Source: an uncultured virus (IMG/VR IMGVR_UViG_3300009183_004450) (Duplodnaviria; Heunggongvirae; Uroviricota; Caudoviricetes). From it: a DNA stretch of 64,000 nt. The translations under genes and the position numbers were made by a program. The notes beneath the pieces are model-generated. The model searched no databases and had not been told where the DNA came from. It was given only the letters and a program-made list of their open reading frames with translations. This document shows positions 18,913 to 28,770 of the stretch, one piece after another. Positions within the stretch are counted from its first letter, which is position 1. The number at the start of each line of letters is the position of its first letter. The stretch is from IMG/VR virus record IMGVR_UViG_3300009183_004450; one strand, 5' to 3'.

Positions 18913-19623
18913 TTAATTTTTAATAGGTACACCGTTTGGTGCAATAGTTCCTTCTACTCCTAGTATCGGAAGTTCTGTTACTAGATCTTCTGGCAGGAAT
19001 TTATATAACACATGCTCAATATCGGCATATCCACCTTGACTTACACGTTCGCCTATATATGAAAGACTGTCGTTATACACTTGAATTACACGTTCTGTTT
19101 GGTTGGCAGGCCAACTCCACAGTCTGGCCATATACTGTAGTTTAATACCAGTTACTTCATATGGAAACTGACTTGTTTGTTTAGGTCCAATGATAATACG
19201 GTCTAGGTGTTCTTCATACACATCTAGATTAAACTCATCGTTGAGAATATAACGTCCAGACATTTTGTGTATTCTATCTAGTCCTGCAAAGTCGCCGTCG
19301 TCTTGACACATACGTAGTGCGCGACCAAAACACATAATCTCTGTAGAGTTTTTTACAACGTCCCAGTTTTCACTTTGATAAATGGCTTGTACATCTGGAT
19401 CTCTACTAAAGTCTAATAGCAAATCACAATGTTCTTCTATTAAAGAACTTTGATCATCTGTTAATGCGGCACCGGCGCATTCCATAACAATAATTTTACA
19501 GTCAGGTACCTTTGCACGTACATTCTGTAATGTAGTAATAGTCTGTTGCATACGTGCCGCTGGTGTGTATACACCAAACTTGCTGTTAACTGCTGATGTA
19601 ACTACAAAACCGTGTTTAATCAT
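18913..19623 (-). CDS. Putative glycosyltransferase-like protein
   Basis: KMSGRY and DIEH motifs; position in the glycan operon. Confidence 0.45.
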   Translation of the reverse strand: MIKHGFVVTSAVNSKFGVYTPAARMQQTITTLQNVRAKVPDCKIIVMECAGAALTDDQSSLIEEHCDLLLDFSRDPDVQAIYQSENWDVVKNSTEIMCFGRALRMCQDDGDFAGLDRIHKMSGRYILNDEFNLDVYEEHLDRIIIGPKQTSQFPYEVTGIKLQYMARLWSWPANQTERVIQVYNDSLSYIGERVSQGGYADIEHVLYKFLPEDLVTELPILGVEGTIAPNGVPIKN

Positions 19624-20654
19624 TTACGTAACCATCTTTCATTCTCTAATGTCCAGTCAACCATACCTTTAATACGTTCACTGAGTTTGATCTTGGGTTC
19701 CCATCCTAGGCTGGCAAGCAACCCGCCATCTAAGGCATAACGCATGTCATGTCCAGGACGACTGGTATGAAAGTCAGTCATTTCATATTTTAGTTCTCGA
19801 CCTACTGCAGTCGCAATCATTTGTGCCAGTGTAAGATTATCAATCTCTTCGGTACCCACTAGATTAAACTTGGGACAATGTGCATGTCCGTAGTCCCCGG
19901 TGTGCTTGTAATCTTCAAGATCAAGAATAAACATTAAGCCTTCGGCAACATCTCGTGCATGAATGTACATACGACTACCAGCAACAGTGCGTGAAGGATC
20001 TGCATGTATAACTACAGTTTCGCCGTCTCTAACCTTTTGTATAGTAGCTGGAATAAACTTTTCCGGATGCTGTCGTTCACCAAACACATTCATTGTATGT
20101 GTAACAATGATAGGCATCTTGTAAGTGTTTTCGTATGCCACACAGAACTCTTCGGCTGCAGCTTTACTGGCACTATACGGATTGGTACTGTTATACCTAT
20201 CGTATTCTTTATATGCTACGCCCGGTGGTGCAATGCCATAGATCTCATCGGTGCTAAAATAAACAAACTTCTCAAGATTGGGCAAGTGCTTACGTGCATA
20301 GTCCAACATATTAACTGTGCCCACTACGTTATCCTGCACAAACTCCATAGGATAGGTAATGCTACGATCCACATGACTACCAGCAGCAAGATGTAATACA
20401 ATGTCAACCGGCCCAATGTCGGCTATGATTTGACTGTTAACTTCAGCTTTGAGATCGTGGAATATGATACGTAAACGACGTGCCACTTCTCGAGGATCGT
20501 GATCCTGTAGCATATCGTGTAGTCTATTTAGATTGCCAGAAATATCCAGTCTATCTAAACTAACGATATTCCAATCTGTTTCTTTTAATATTTTATCTAT
20601 TACATGATGCGCGATGAATCCAGCACCGCCGGTGATTAATACTGTTTTTGACAT
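19620..20654 (-). CDS. rfbB: dTDP-glucose 4,6-dehydratase-like
   Basis: TGGAGFI, SHVDRSI, STDE, YSASK, RPGHD. Confidence 0.88.
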   Translation of the reverse strand: MSKTVLITGGAGFIAHHVIDKILKETDWNIVSLDRLDISGNLNRLHDMLQDHDPREVARRLRIIFHDLKAEVNSQIIADIGPVDIVLHLAAGSHVDRSITYPMEFVQDNVVGTVNMLDYARKHLPNLEKFVYFSTDEIYGIAPPGVAYKEYDRYNSTNPYSASKAAAEEFCVAYENTYKMPIIVTHTMNVFGERQHPEKFIPATIQKVRDGETVVIHADPSRTVAGSRMYIHARDVAEGLMFILDLEDYKHTGDYGHAHCPKFNLVGTEEIDNLTLAQMIATAVGRELKYEMTDFHTSRPGHDMRYALDGGLLASLGWEPKIKLSERIKGMVDWTLENERWLRK

Positions 20655-20684
20655 GTTTCCTCAGGAATTGTTGAATAAACGTAT

Positions 20685-20834
20685 TTATTCTGACGCTTTA
20701 GGTGCAATATATTGTTTAATATGGCTCATAGCTTTACGAGCAGTATCAAACACATACTCAACGGTTTCGTCTTCGAGTTGAACAACAACTACAAAACCAT
20801 TTGCTACTTTTCGAATTTCAATTGACTCAAACAT
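20685..20834 (-). CDS. Small hypothetical protein (49 aa, MFESIEIRKVANGF...)
   Basis: Found by hand; SD GGAG and TAGACA-17-TATAAT promoter at 20860-20888. Confidence 0.7.
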   Translation of the reverse strand: MFESIEIRKVANGFVVVVQLEDETVEYVFDTARKAMSHIKQYIAPKASE

Positions 20835-20860
20835 ACCATCTCCAATTAATTGAACTACTA

Positions 20861-21718
20861 TTATAGCATGGGAGGTAGATGTTGTCTAGCAGATGTTGCA
20901 GATATATTGGTTATTAATCTATCCGCAAACTCTTCCGGATTATTAATAATGGTGTTTGGTAAGTAATTGTCTATTGCCACCGGAGCGAAACGATAGTCCT
21001 CGTTGGTTCGGATAATACCAACACCACGTGTTATACTATCCGCAATGTCCAATTGATCTAATATTTCCGGACAATTGGTTTCATCGTGTGCAAAACTCTG
21101 TATCTTGCTACGAGCAAAGTCTTCTGCACCCAAATATGTAAAGTGCCAGCCTGCATGTTCAACAATTTCCACTGCACCATCATTATGATTTAACGAGAAT
21201 CCATTTAATGCATGTCGCATGCGACGGAAATCTTCCGGACTAGTTAATGCATTTCTACGTACAGCACCGGACCATACTGAATATAAATCCTGTGTTACCA
21301 TCATATAGTTGTATTTGAAATTGAACAACGGCATTCTAAATCCCCAAACAGAAGCTGTACTTGTGCGCAATCGCTGTACAGTTTCGGGTCTAGGTATTTC
21401 GTCAATGTCGCCGATCATGACAATATCATCAGGATCAGCCGTGGGCAAACCACGCAGTATTGCATCACGTTGATGCCGTTCTCTGCCCCAGGGATCAGTA
21501 TCCGCGGGCATGTCTGTTACAGGCACGTAGATGATTTTATCTTTCCATTGATCAAAACGTTGATTGTGATCTGCGTAGTGCAAAGATTTAGAATTATTTT
21601 GGAATGTTCTATTGGCTTCAACCAAAACAAAGTAATCCACGTGATCGTATAGTTCACGTAGTCGCAATTCAAGAAGTTCGAATTCGTTCAAAAATGTAAA
21701 ACAATCGTAGATTTTCAT
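20861..21718 (-). CDS. GT17 (MGAT3-like) glycosyltransferase
   Basis: YDCFTFLNE, RERHQRD, DIDEIP, GWHFTY, KIQSFAH. Confidence 0.85.
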   Translation of the reverse strand: MKIYDCFTFLNEFELLELRLRELYDHVDYFVLVEANRTFQNNSKSLHYADHNQRFDQWKDKIIYVPVTDMPADTDPWGRERHQRDAILRGLPTADPDDIVMIGDIDEIPRPETVQRLRTSTASVWGFRMPLFNFKYNYMMVTQDLYSVWSGAVRRNALTSPEDFRRMRHALNGFSLNHNDGAVEIVEHAGWHFTYLGAEDFARSKIQSFAHDETNCPEILDQLDIADSITRGVGIIRTNEDYRFAPVAIDNYLPNTIINNPEEFADRLITNISATSARQHLPPML

Positions 21719-21723
21719 GTCAA

Positions 21724-21741
21724 TACTTAGTATAATAAATA
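21724..21741. promoter_or_regulatory. Back-to-back late-type boxes at the centre of the glycan locus
   Basis: TAAGTA on minus (21724-21729) and TAAATA on plus (21736-21741). Confidence 0.5.
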
Positions 21742-21769
21742 TGTTACTCAATGATTTTCAAGGACACTT

Positions 21770-22411
21770 ATGCACTCTGTTGCTAGTTTACACGACGCCA
21801 ATTATAGTGATTTGGCAGCAATAACCGATCAATCAAAACAAGAATACTGTGATAGACATGGATACCAATTCCATGTGCTAACTGAAATGAAGTATAGCAC
21901 AATTACAGGATTTAACAAAATACATTATGCATTAGATTTATTCCAACAACATCCAGAAATAGAATGGTTATTGTTTAGTGAGTGCGATGCAATGATTACT
22001 AACCAAACTATCAAAATTGAGGATCGAATTGATAACGACTACCATTTTATTGTACCTGTCGATCGTCTCAATCTTAATTCTGGTAACTTTTTAGTACGCA
22101 ACAGTGAACAGGGTCGTGCTTATCTACAAATGATCGTAGACCGAGAAGAATCATATAAAACTGTAGAATGGGCAGAACAACAAGTTATAATTGACACCAT
22201 CGAAGAATATCAAGACATTGTCAAAATTGTTCCACAGAAATACATGAACAGTTACGAACCTGAAATATACGATTACTGTGATGCTCGTTTTGACATTTTG
22301 GGCAATAGTGGTGCATGGGAATCCGGAGATTGGATTGTACACTGGCCCGGAACTCACAAACCAACCCGCATACAAAGAGCTAACGCACATCTTCCGTTAA
22401 TTTTAAAATGA
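21770..22411 (+). CDS. GT34-like glycosyltransferase
   Basis: YCDRHGY, ECDAMITN, LNSGNF, WAEQ, GDWIVHWPG. Confidence 0.8.
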   Translation: MHSVASLHDANYSDLAAITDQSKQEYCDRHGYQFHVLTEMKYSTITGFNKIHYALDLFQQHPEIEWLLFSECDAMITNQTIKIEDRIDNDYHFIVPVDRLNLNSGNFLVRNSEQGRAYLQMIVDREESYKTVEWAEQQVIIDTIEEYQDIVKIVPQKYMNSYEPEIYDYCDARFDILGNSGAWESGDWIVHWPGTHKPTRIQRANAHLPLILK

Positions 22412-23238
22412 AAATATTCATTACTGGAGCTACAGGTTTTATTGGACAAAACCTTGTAGACTATTATACCAAACGCGGGCACAAGGTTTACGCATTCCGC
22501 AGAGATGAAGTATTAACTAAGTGCTTGTATGATTTCGAGCCCGATGCTATTATTAACTCAGCTGCCGAAATATATGACTATCAACATATGTTCGAACCAA
22601 ATATTCTAATGGTTCAAACCATACTAGACTATGTACGTGAATGCCAACAGCCATGTCGTTTAATACAAATTGGAAGTAGCAGTGAATATGGACCAACTGA
22701 TATTTCCACTAGCGAAGATACATTACTTAAACCAGTGGACTTTTATCAAGCAACTAAAGGCGCTGCAACATTGTTGTGCCAAGGCTGGGCTAGGTTACAC
22801 CACTTACCTATATGGATTGTACGACCTTATAGTGTGTATGGTCCCGGAGAACGGGCACATAGATTATTCCCAAGACTATACAGAGCATTTACCAAGAACG
22901 AGCCAATGACACTATACCAAGGGCATCATGATTTCATTTATATTGACGATTTTGTACGTGGTATAGATCTAGTACTACAAGAATGGAATTTGGCTCCCGG
23001 AGAAATCGTAAACTTTGGTAGCGGGTTTCAAACAAGTAATTTTGACTTGTATGACAAGTGGGCCAAGGTCACAGGCAATAAAAAAGCACCAGTTGCTAAA
23101 GTAGCAGAAATGAAAAAAGCATTCGAAAACACCGTTTGGGTTTGTGATACAGCAAAATCATTTAAGCTAGGATTTGATTGCGAATACGACTTAGATGCAG
23201 GCATTAAGGATTTTTTATTAAAGGTAAAATATGATTGA
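22408..23238 (+). CDS. NAD-dependent sugar epimerase/reductase
   Basis: TGATGFIG, GSSSEYG, YQATK. Confidence 0.88.
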   Translation: MKIFITGATGFIGQNLVDYYTKRGHKVYAFRRDEVLTKCLYDFEPDAIINSAAEIYDYQHMFEPNILMVQTILDYVRECQQPCRLIQIGSSSEYGPTDISTSEDTLLKPVDFYQATKGAATLLCQGWARLHHLPIWIVRPYSVYGPGERAHRLFPRLYRAFTKNEPMTLYQGHHDFIYIDDFVRGIDLVLQEWNLAPGEIVNFGSGFQTSNFDLYDKWAKVTGNKKAPVAKVAEMKKAFENTVWVCDTAKSFKLGFDCEYDLDAGIKDFLLKVKYD

Positions 23239-23938
23239 AAGAACAATTAAAACAAGTCAGAATCAAGACTTTGTGTATCAAAGTAATAACGAAAGTGTGA
23301 CCAATTGGTTTGCAAATCCAGAAAATCAAACCGAAACAATATTAAAGCAAATCAACCAAGATCGTATGTACGATCCAATCTTTACTGATAGATCCAACAT
23401 GATAGTGATCGATCTTGGTGCTAACTGTGGTTTGTTTAGTTTATATGCTGCAGACAGTTGCAGTCGATTAATTGCTGTGGAGCCGACACCAAACACATTC
23501 GATGTGCTTACAGAAATGGTCAAAGACCACAATAATATTACACCGTTGCAATTAGCAATTGGTCCACATAATGAATTGATTTCATTTTTTATTAATGAAA
23601 ATAGCACTACAAATTCAATGCTTAATCGTAATGGTCAAGAAACCCAAGTACAATGCATGACTTTGGAAACATTACTAGATACACAAGGACTAGATCATGT
23701 TGACTTTATTAAATGTGATATCGAAGGATCAGAAATACAAGCGTTAACCGATGATACACTAGGACCTGTTGCCGATCGAGTTAATTTTTGGTTTGTTGAG
23801 ATTCATCAGACTGATGTTGACAAAAGTCCATGGCCTGGTAACTTAGAGTCAAACAGACAACAACTAGCCGAACTGTTTCAACGTCACGGTTATCAAACAG
23901 AATCTGTAATACACGATCAATTGTTTGCTTGGAAATAA
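23231..23938 (+). CDS. FkbM-family O-methyltransferase
   Basis: DLGANCG, AVEP, IKCDIEGSE. Confidence 0.88.
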   Translation: MIERTIKTSQNQDFVYQSNNESVTNWFANPENQTETILKQINQDRMYDPIFTDRSNMIVIDLGANCGLFSLYAADSCSRLIAVEPTPNTFDVLTEMVKDHNNITPLQLAIGPHNELISFFINENSTTNSMLNRNGQETQVQCMTLETLLDTQGLDHVDFIKCDIEGSEIQALTDDTLGPVADRVNFWFVEIHQTDVDKSPWPGNLESNRQQLAELFQRHGYQTESVIHDQLFAWK

Positions 23939-23940
23939 AC

Positions 23941-24504
23941 ATGAGCATATTAAGTGGACAAGTATATGATTATGTTTGCACCGAACTACCAAAAATAGAC
24001 GGAAATTATTTTGAAATTGGCGTGTTCAATGGCGCCGGATTTGCACGAGTAGCTCGAGAAAATGCGGAAAAGAAATGTTATGCAGTTGATCCATTTATCG
24101 AAGATGGTCATACTAACGCAAGTTCCGGAACTGACACCGGATCGTATATGAATCAACAAAAAGAAAATTTTTTAGAAAACACAAAAGACTTAGATAATAT
24201 CACATTGTTCGAAATGACTAGTACAGCATTTGCTAATCAATTGACCGATCAATTGATCAATGATATGAATATATCCGTAGTTACAATTGATGGTGACCAT
24301 CATTATGAACATGTAACAACAGACTTAGAAATTGCTGCTCGATTGCTGAATAACTTAGGCGGACAAATTGTTGTTGATGATACAGATGTAGTGGGGGTCA
24401 GCCGAGCATTCAATGAATTTAAAGAAAAGTTTTCTAGTAGAATATCAGATGAAATTAATGCCGGTGGACCAACACGAGTTTTATTTTTTAAAGGTGCTCA
24501 ATGA
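23941..24504 (+). CDS. Class I SAM methyltransferase (Methyltransf_24-like)
   Basis: EIGVFNG, IDGDHHYE, VVDD. Confidence 0.8.
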   Translation: MSILSGQVYDYVCTELPKIDGNYFEIGVFNGAGFARVARENAEKKCYAVDPFIEDGHTNASSGTDTGSYMNQQKENFLENTKDLDNITLFEMTSTAFANQLTDQLINDMNISVVTIDGDHHYEHVTTDLEIAARLLNNLGGQIVVDDTDVVGVSRAFNEFKEKFSSRISDEINAGGPTRVLFFKGAQ

Positions 24505-25115
24505 CACCCACAGCTCGTAGAATCATTGATATAACTTATCAAGAACGGTTAAGTCACCTTAGTAGTACACTAAGTGCATTACCTATCATTGAAGAAATAT
24601 ATGAACAGCGACAAGACGACGAAGTGTTTATTCTCAGCAACGGACATGCTGGACTTGCATTGTATGTGGTGTTAGAAAAACACTACGGTATAGATCCTGT
24701 TGCTCTATTGCATAAACACGGTATTCACCCTGGCAGAGATTTAGAAAATCATTTATACTGTTCTACAGGTAGTTTAGGTAGCGGATTGCCAATTGCTGTT
24801 GGCCATGCACTTGCTACTCCTGACAAGAATGTGTACTGCATGATCAGTGATGGCGAGTGTGCCGAAGGGAGTATATGGGAATCGTTGCGTTTTATTCATG
24901 ATCATAGATTGTTTAATTTGCATGTGTATGTTAATATCAATGGCATGGGCGCATACGATAACATAGAATCCAGTAACTTGGAACATAGACTACGTGCCTT
25001 CCATCCACGTATCAATATTAGACGCAGTGAACCTACCAGCTTTACTTTTGCCAGTGGCTTACTTACACACTACTATGTGCTCAAACCTGAAGATTATGCG
25101 GAGTTAACACAATGA
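24501..25115 (+). CDS. Transketolase-like N-terminal (TPP-binding) subunit
   Basis: LSNGHA, STGSLGSG, SDGECAEGSIWE. Confidence 0.88.
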   Translation: MTPTARRIIDITYQERLSHLSSTLSALPIIEEIYEQRQDDEVFILSNGHAGLALYVVLEKHYGIDPVALLHKHGIHPGRDLENHLYCSTGSLGSGLPIAVGHALATPDKNVYCMISDGECAEGSIWESLRFIHDHRLFNLHVYVNINGMGAYDNIESSNLEHRLRAFHPRINIRRSEPTSFTFASGLLTHYYVLKPEDYAELTQ

Positions 25116-25594
25116 GAAAAGAATGCGCTCAATTACTGCTGCAATCAATGATCGACGATGAATCTATACGTGTTATTACTGCGGACTTGGGATTTGGTAT
25201 ATTAGATCAAATACGCAATGCTTTTCCAGATCGTTTTTATAATGTAGGTGCAGCAGAACATTTAATGATTGGTGTAGCAGTCGGAATGGCCAACGAAGGA
25301 TTAAAACCTGTTTGTTATAGTATGAGTAGTTTCTTACTGTATCGTCCATTTGAAATGTTACGCAATTATGTCAGTTACGAAAACATTCCAGTTAAACTAA
25401 TTGGCAGTGGTAGAGATCGGGATTATAGTCATGATGGTATTAGCCATTGGGCCCACGACGACGAAGATGTATTAAAAGCATTACCAAACATTGGTTGCTT
25501 TAAGCCTGCAAGCATAGTGGAATTAGAAAACATTTGGGCAAGATTTATTACAAGCGACAAACCAGAATATCTTAACTTGACAAGAAAAATATGA
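25112..25594 (+). CDS. Transketolase-like pyrimidine-binding subunit (no C-terminal domain)
   Basis: TADLG, NVGAAE, GISHW. Confidence 0.85.
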   Translation: MRKECAQLLLQSMIDDESIRVITADLGFGILDQIRNAFPDRFYNVGAAEHLMIGVAVGMANEGLKPVCYSMSSFLLYRPFEMLRNYVSYENIPVKLIGSGRDRDYSHDGISHWAHDDEDVLKALPNIGCFKPASIVELENIWARFITSDKPEYLNLTRKI

Positions 25595-26541
25595 GTACAA
25601 AAGTAGTTTACGTCACAGGCTGTTTAGGTTTTATTGGATATCATGTTACTCAAGCATGCTTGGATAACGGATACTACGTTATTGGTGTAGACAAGAAGAC
25701 CTATGCTGCTAACGTACAGTTCTTGCCGGAACTAGTTAAACATTCAAGATTTAAGTTTATTGAATCTGATATAAACGATCTTGATATGTTATATGACTGC
25801 GACTATATTATTAATACCGCAGCAGAAACGCATGTCGATAACAGTATCGTTAGCAGTGATGTGTTCCTCCGGAGCAATGTAAACGGTGTGCATCATTTAC
25901 TAAACTTAATCAAAGAACGTCATCGCTTTAAGATGCCTATATTACTACATTTTAGTACAGATGAAGTGTATGGAGATATTGTAGAAGGTAGTCATGTTGA
26001 AACAGATTTACTAAAACCCAGTAATCCATACTCTGCTACAAAAGCAGCAGCAGATCAGTTAATACTTGCGTGGGCACGAACATTTCGAGTACCTTATGTT
26101 ATTGTTAGACCCACTAACAATTACGGCATTGGTCAATACACTGAAAAGTTTATTCCTAAAAGTGTTAAAAGTTTACAACTAGGTAGATCAATTCCGTTAC
26201 ACGACGCAGGATTACCTCGACGTACATGGCTACATGTAAGTGATACTGCTAGTGCAGTTATTAAGATTATCGAATCTGGTGCACAAAACGAAATCTACAA
26301 TATTGCCGGTAATCACGAAGAACAAAACATTGTGATTGCTATGCAAATTATTGATGCATTCTTTCCCACTGATATAGATCCTACCGAGCATTTAGATCTA
26401 AGTATTACTAGGCCTGGACAAGATGTGCGCTACAGCATCAATGACAGTAAGTTAAAGGCTCTTGGATGGAAACCCGAAGCTGTATTTGAAGTAGAACTTG
26501 TTAAGATCGTTCAGTATTATTCTCAGACGTTTGTGTGGTAA
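25591..26541 (+). CDS. rfbB: Second dTDP-glucose 4,6-dehydratase-like
   Basis: AAETHVDNSI, STDEVYG, NPYSATK, RPGQD. Confidence 0.88.
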   Translation: MSTKVVYVTGCLGFIGYHVTQACLDNGYYVIGVDKKTYAANVQFLPELVKHSRFKFIESDINDLDMLYDCDYIINTAAETHVDNSIVSSDVFLRSNVNGVHHLLNLIKERHRFKMPILLHFSTDEVYGDIVEGSHVETDLLKPSNPYSATKAAADQLILAWARTFRVPYVIVRPTNNYGIGQYTEKFIPKSVKSLQLGRSIPLHDAGLPRRTWLHVSDTASAVIKIIESGAQNEIYNIAGNHEEQNIVIAMQIIDAFFPTDIDPTEHLDLSITRPGQDVRYSINDSKLKALGWKPEAVFEVELVKIVQYYSQTFVW

Positions 26542-27016
26542 CTTCAATCCAGGTATAATCACCTAAGCAACTCACCTGAGCAATATAAGCATAATGCTCA
26601 GGTGCTCCAGTAGTCCAATCTGTAGGTCCTTGATGACACAGTCTTGTGTTGTTTATCTTAGAATCAAAACATAACCAATACGTTTGTCCAGGATATATTT
26701 GAAACTGATATTCTGCCGCATGTACTGCATCGGTAATATACAAGCGTCGTTTAATATCATCTGCTTGTTTTTGTAATACCTTTACTACATCCATAATACG
26801 ATTATATTCTTGCTCGGCATGCATACGAGCAATATTGACCATAAGGTCTTTTTGTTTTTCAATGGGAATTAAATCAAAGGCAGGGCCACCAACCTCAGTG
26901 GCGTATGGGGTGATGTTCTTATTAAAAAAGGCGACTAACTCGCCGCCTATTTCTGCATCATAGCTAGTAGCACCTTTAGCTACGTTACTCTTTTTCTTTG
27001 ACATCTTTTTTAACAA
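26501..27016 (-). CDS. DUF2452-like protein
   Basis: QEYNRI..LQKQA..YQFQ.YPGQTY pattern. Confidence 0.6.
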   Translation of the reverse strand: MLKKMSKKKSNVAKGATSYDAEIGGELVAFFNKNITPYATEVGGPAFDLIPIEKQKDLMVNIARMHAEQEYNRIMDVVKVLQKQADDIKRRLYITDAVHAAEYQFQIYPGQTYWLCFDSKINNTRLCHQGPTDWTTGAPEHYAYIAQVSCLGDYTWIEVTTQTSENNTERS

Positions 27017-27362
27017 TCACCGGAGATTCTTCTACCACTGGCTCTATTTTTTTTACTGATTCGTCTGGATGTCGTGTGCTTTTTAATATCAACGATGCAT
27101 ATCGTAAAAATGCATGGCATGGATAAAATATCATAGCAAGGACTGCTATTAACGAAACCCCAGCCACTAAACAGGACAAGGATAAAAGGGTTAAAACAAT
27201 CTCTAGCATTAGATTCCAAAAACCAAGAACACCTACATCAAAATAACTTTCGGGGTCTTGTGTTTCTTCTTTGAAAGATTGAATATGCGTTCTAAATGCA
27301 ACGATTAGTTCATTGAATTTGTTAGTTAGCACTAACAGTAATCCTCGATATAGTTCAGTCAT
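26985..27362 (-). CDS. Hypothetical membrane protein
   Basis: Long central hydrophobic segment. Confidence 0.6.
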   Translation of the reverse strand: MTELYRGLLLVLTNKFNELIVAFRTHIQSFKEETQDPESYFDVGVLGFWNLMLEIVLTLLSLSCLVAGVSLIAVLAMIFYPCHAFLRYASLILKSTRHPDESVKKIEPVVEESPVIVKKDVKEKE

Positions 27363-27624
27363 AAATTTTACTCCACTTCCTTAGTTTTTGTTGTTTGTTT
27401 TCTTTAGCAATTTCAATTTTTTGTTGATCAATTAATCCATGTGTTATTAAAAGATCAACCATACACATTAAATCGCCTACTTCCATTTCTAATTTAGTCT
27501 GATGTAACATTCCATCTTTATGAAATTCATCAATACCAAATCTAAAAATTTTAGATATCTCTTGTATTACTTCTGCACATTCTTCTTGTGTAATAACAAG
27601 AATTTCACGTTGCTTTTCATTCAT
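27355..27624 (-). CDS. MazG-like NTP pyrophosphohydrolase
   Basis: EECAEV...EVGDL. Confidence 0.75.
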   Translation of the reverse strand: MNEKQREILVITQEECAEVIQEISKIFRFGIDEFHKDGMLHQTKLEMEVGDLMCMVDLLITHGLIDQQKIEIAKENKQQKLRKWSKIYD

Positions 27625-27796
27625 CGACGAACTCTATATCTTCAACAATTGGAGATACATCCCACTCGGTATTTTCTCTAATATCTTTAATCATGATTTC
27701 ACATGCCTGTTCGGCTGCTGCTCGGCTTGTGTATGCACGTTCGAAGATTCTGTTGCCGTCTTCGAATTCGGCCATTGCAATGTAAATTTTTTTCAT
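27617..27796 (-). CDS. Small hypothetical protein (59 aa, MKKIYIAMAEFEDG...)
   Basis: Found by hand; overlaps the MazG-like start. Confidence 0.65.
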   Translation of the reverse strand: MKKIYIAMAEFEDGNRIFERAYTSRAAAEQACEIMIKDIRENTEWDVSPIVEDIEFVDE

Positions 27797-27818
27797 AGTA
27801 GTTATCTGTTAAAATTTA

Positions 27819-27897
27819 TGGTGGGCCCGGAGAGATTCGAACTCTCTGTCTTCCGGTTATGAGCCGGGTGCTTATACCAGGTTTAAGCTTCAGGCCC
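27819..27897 (-). tRNA. tRNA with CAT anticodon (Ile2-type or Met), CCA encoded
   Basis: GGGCCTG acceptor, CCGG-CTCATAA-CCGG anticodon arm, GTTCGAATC T-loop, ACCA end; TTGCAC-17-TATAAT upstream. Confidence 0.92.
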
Positions 27898-27907
27898 AGT
27901 GCTAGTA

Positions 27908-28762
27908 TTATACATAATATTCAGCGTCTGTGCAACTCTTGCATAGGCTTTTTGAACTATAACAAGGCTTTACATTTTCTCGTAATACAGAAATCATCCC
28001 AGATCCGGTAAAAAGATCTTGATAAGAATCAGTAATAAGATTACCCAAAATATGTTTAGTATCATAATCCATACAACACAGCACTATATCACCATTTGGT
28101 AGTAGTACGTGTTGGTCGTAATTAATAGTTTTGCTGCATCTAATTGGTTTAGTGTGTTCAGTAACAAAGTTAATAGGTTGTTCTCGAACTTGTTCTTTAT
28201 TTAAGCTACCAGCACGGTCATGTCCGAACCAATTATACAGCTGAATTCCAAAATGTTGTAGATCCTTGTGTATTTTACCATGATCGCTCATGGTCATTGC
28301 TTCTAGTTTAATACCAGCATCTTGTACAGCAGCAGTCATCATATGATATACTGCTTCCCACTCGTTGCTGTATTTCCAACCTTTCATATTACCGTATTCA
28401 TCAGGGAAATGAACAGAGAACACTTCTACTTGGCCACGATAACGATATAAAAGTTTTTCTACTCGCTCGGCTATTTCGATGGTCCAGTTATACAATGTGG
28501 TATAAACTGCTACATTGAATCCTGAAATTAAAGCATGCTCGAACATGTCTGTGGCTTCGGGATTTACCCATGCTTCAGCCATTCCACTAAAATCAATTCT
28601 GGTATTTTTAGGAACTTTGCTTAATGCTGTTTTGAATGTTTCAAGTGACATGTACTTGTCCGCTTCTTTACCATACGCATCGCGTAGGTTATCTTGAGGA
28701 CAAAAGTTACACATCAGGGGACAACCAATCATGGTTGTTATTTCCATTGTAGGTCTTTGCAT
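27908..28762 (-). CDS. Radical SAM protein with C-terminal SPASM
   Basis: CPLMCNFC; GDIVLCCMD...LCKSC. Confidence 0.88.
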   Translation of the reverse strand: MQRPTMEITTMIGCPLMCNFCPQDNLRDAYGKEADKYMSLETFKTALSKVPKNTRIDFSGMAEAWVNPEATDMFEHALISGFNVAVYTTLYNWTIEIAERVEKLLYRYRGQVEVFSVHFPDEYGNMKGWKYSNEWEAVYHMMTAAVQDAGIKLEAMTMSDHGKIHKDLQHFGIQLYNWFGHDRAGSLNKEQVREQPINFVTEHTKPIRCSKTINYDQHVLLPNGDIVLCCMDYDTKHILGNLITDSYQDLFTGSGMISVLRENVKPCYSSKSLCKSCTDAEYYV

Positions 28763-28770
28763 AATATTAA

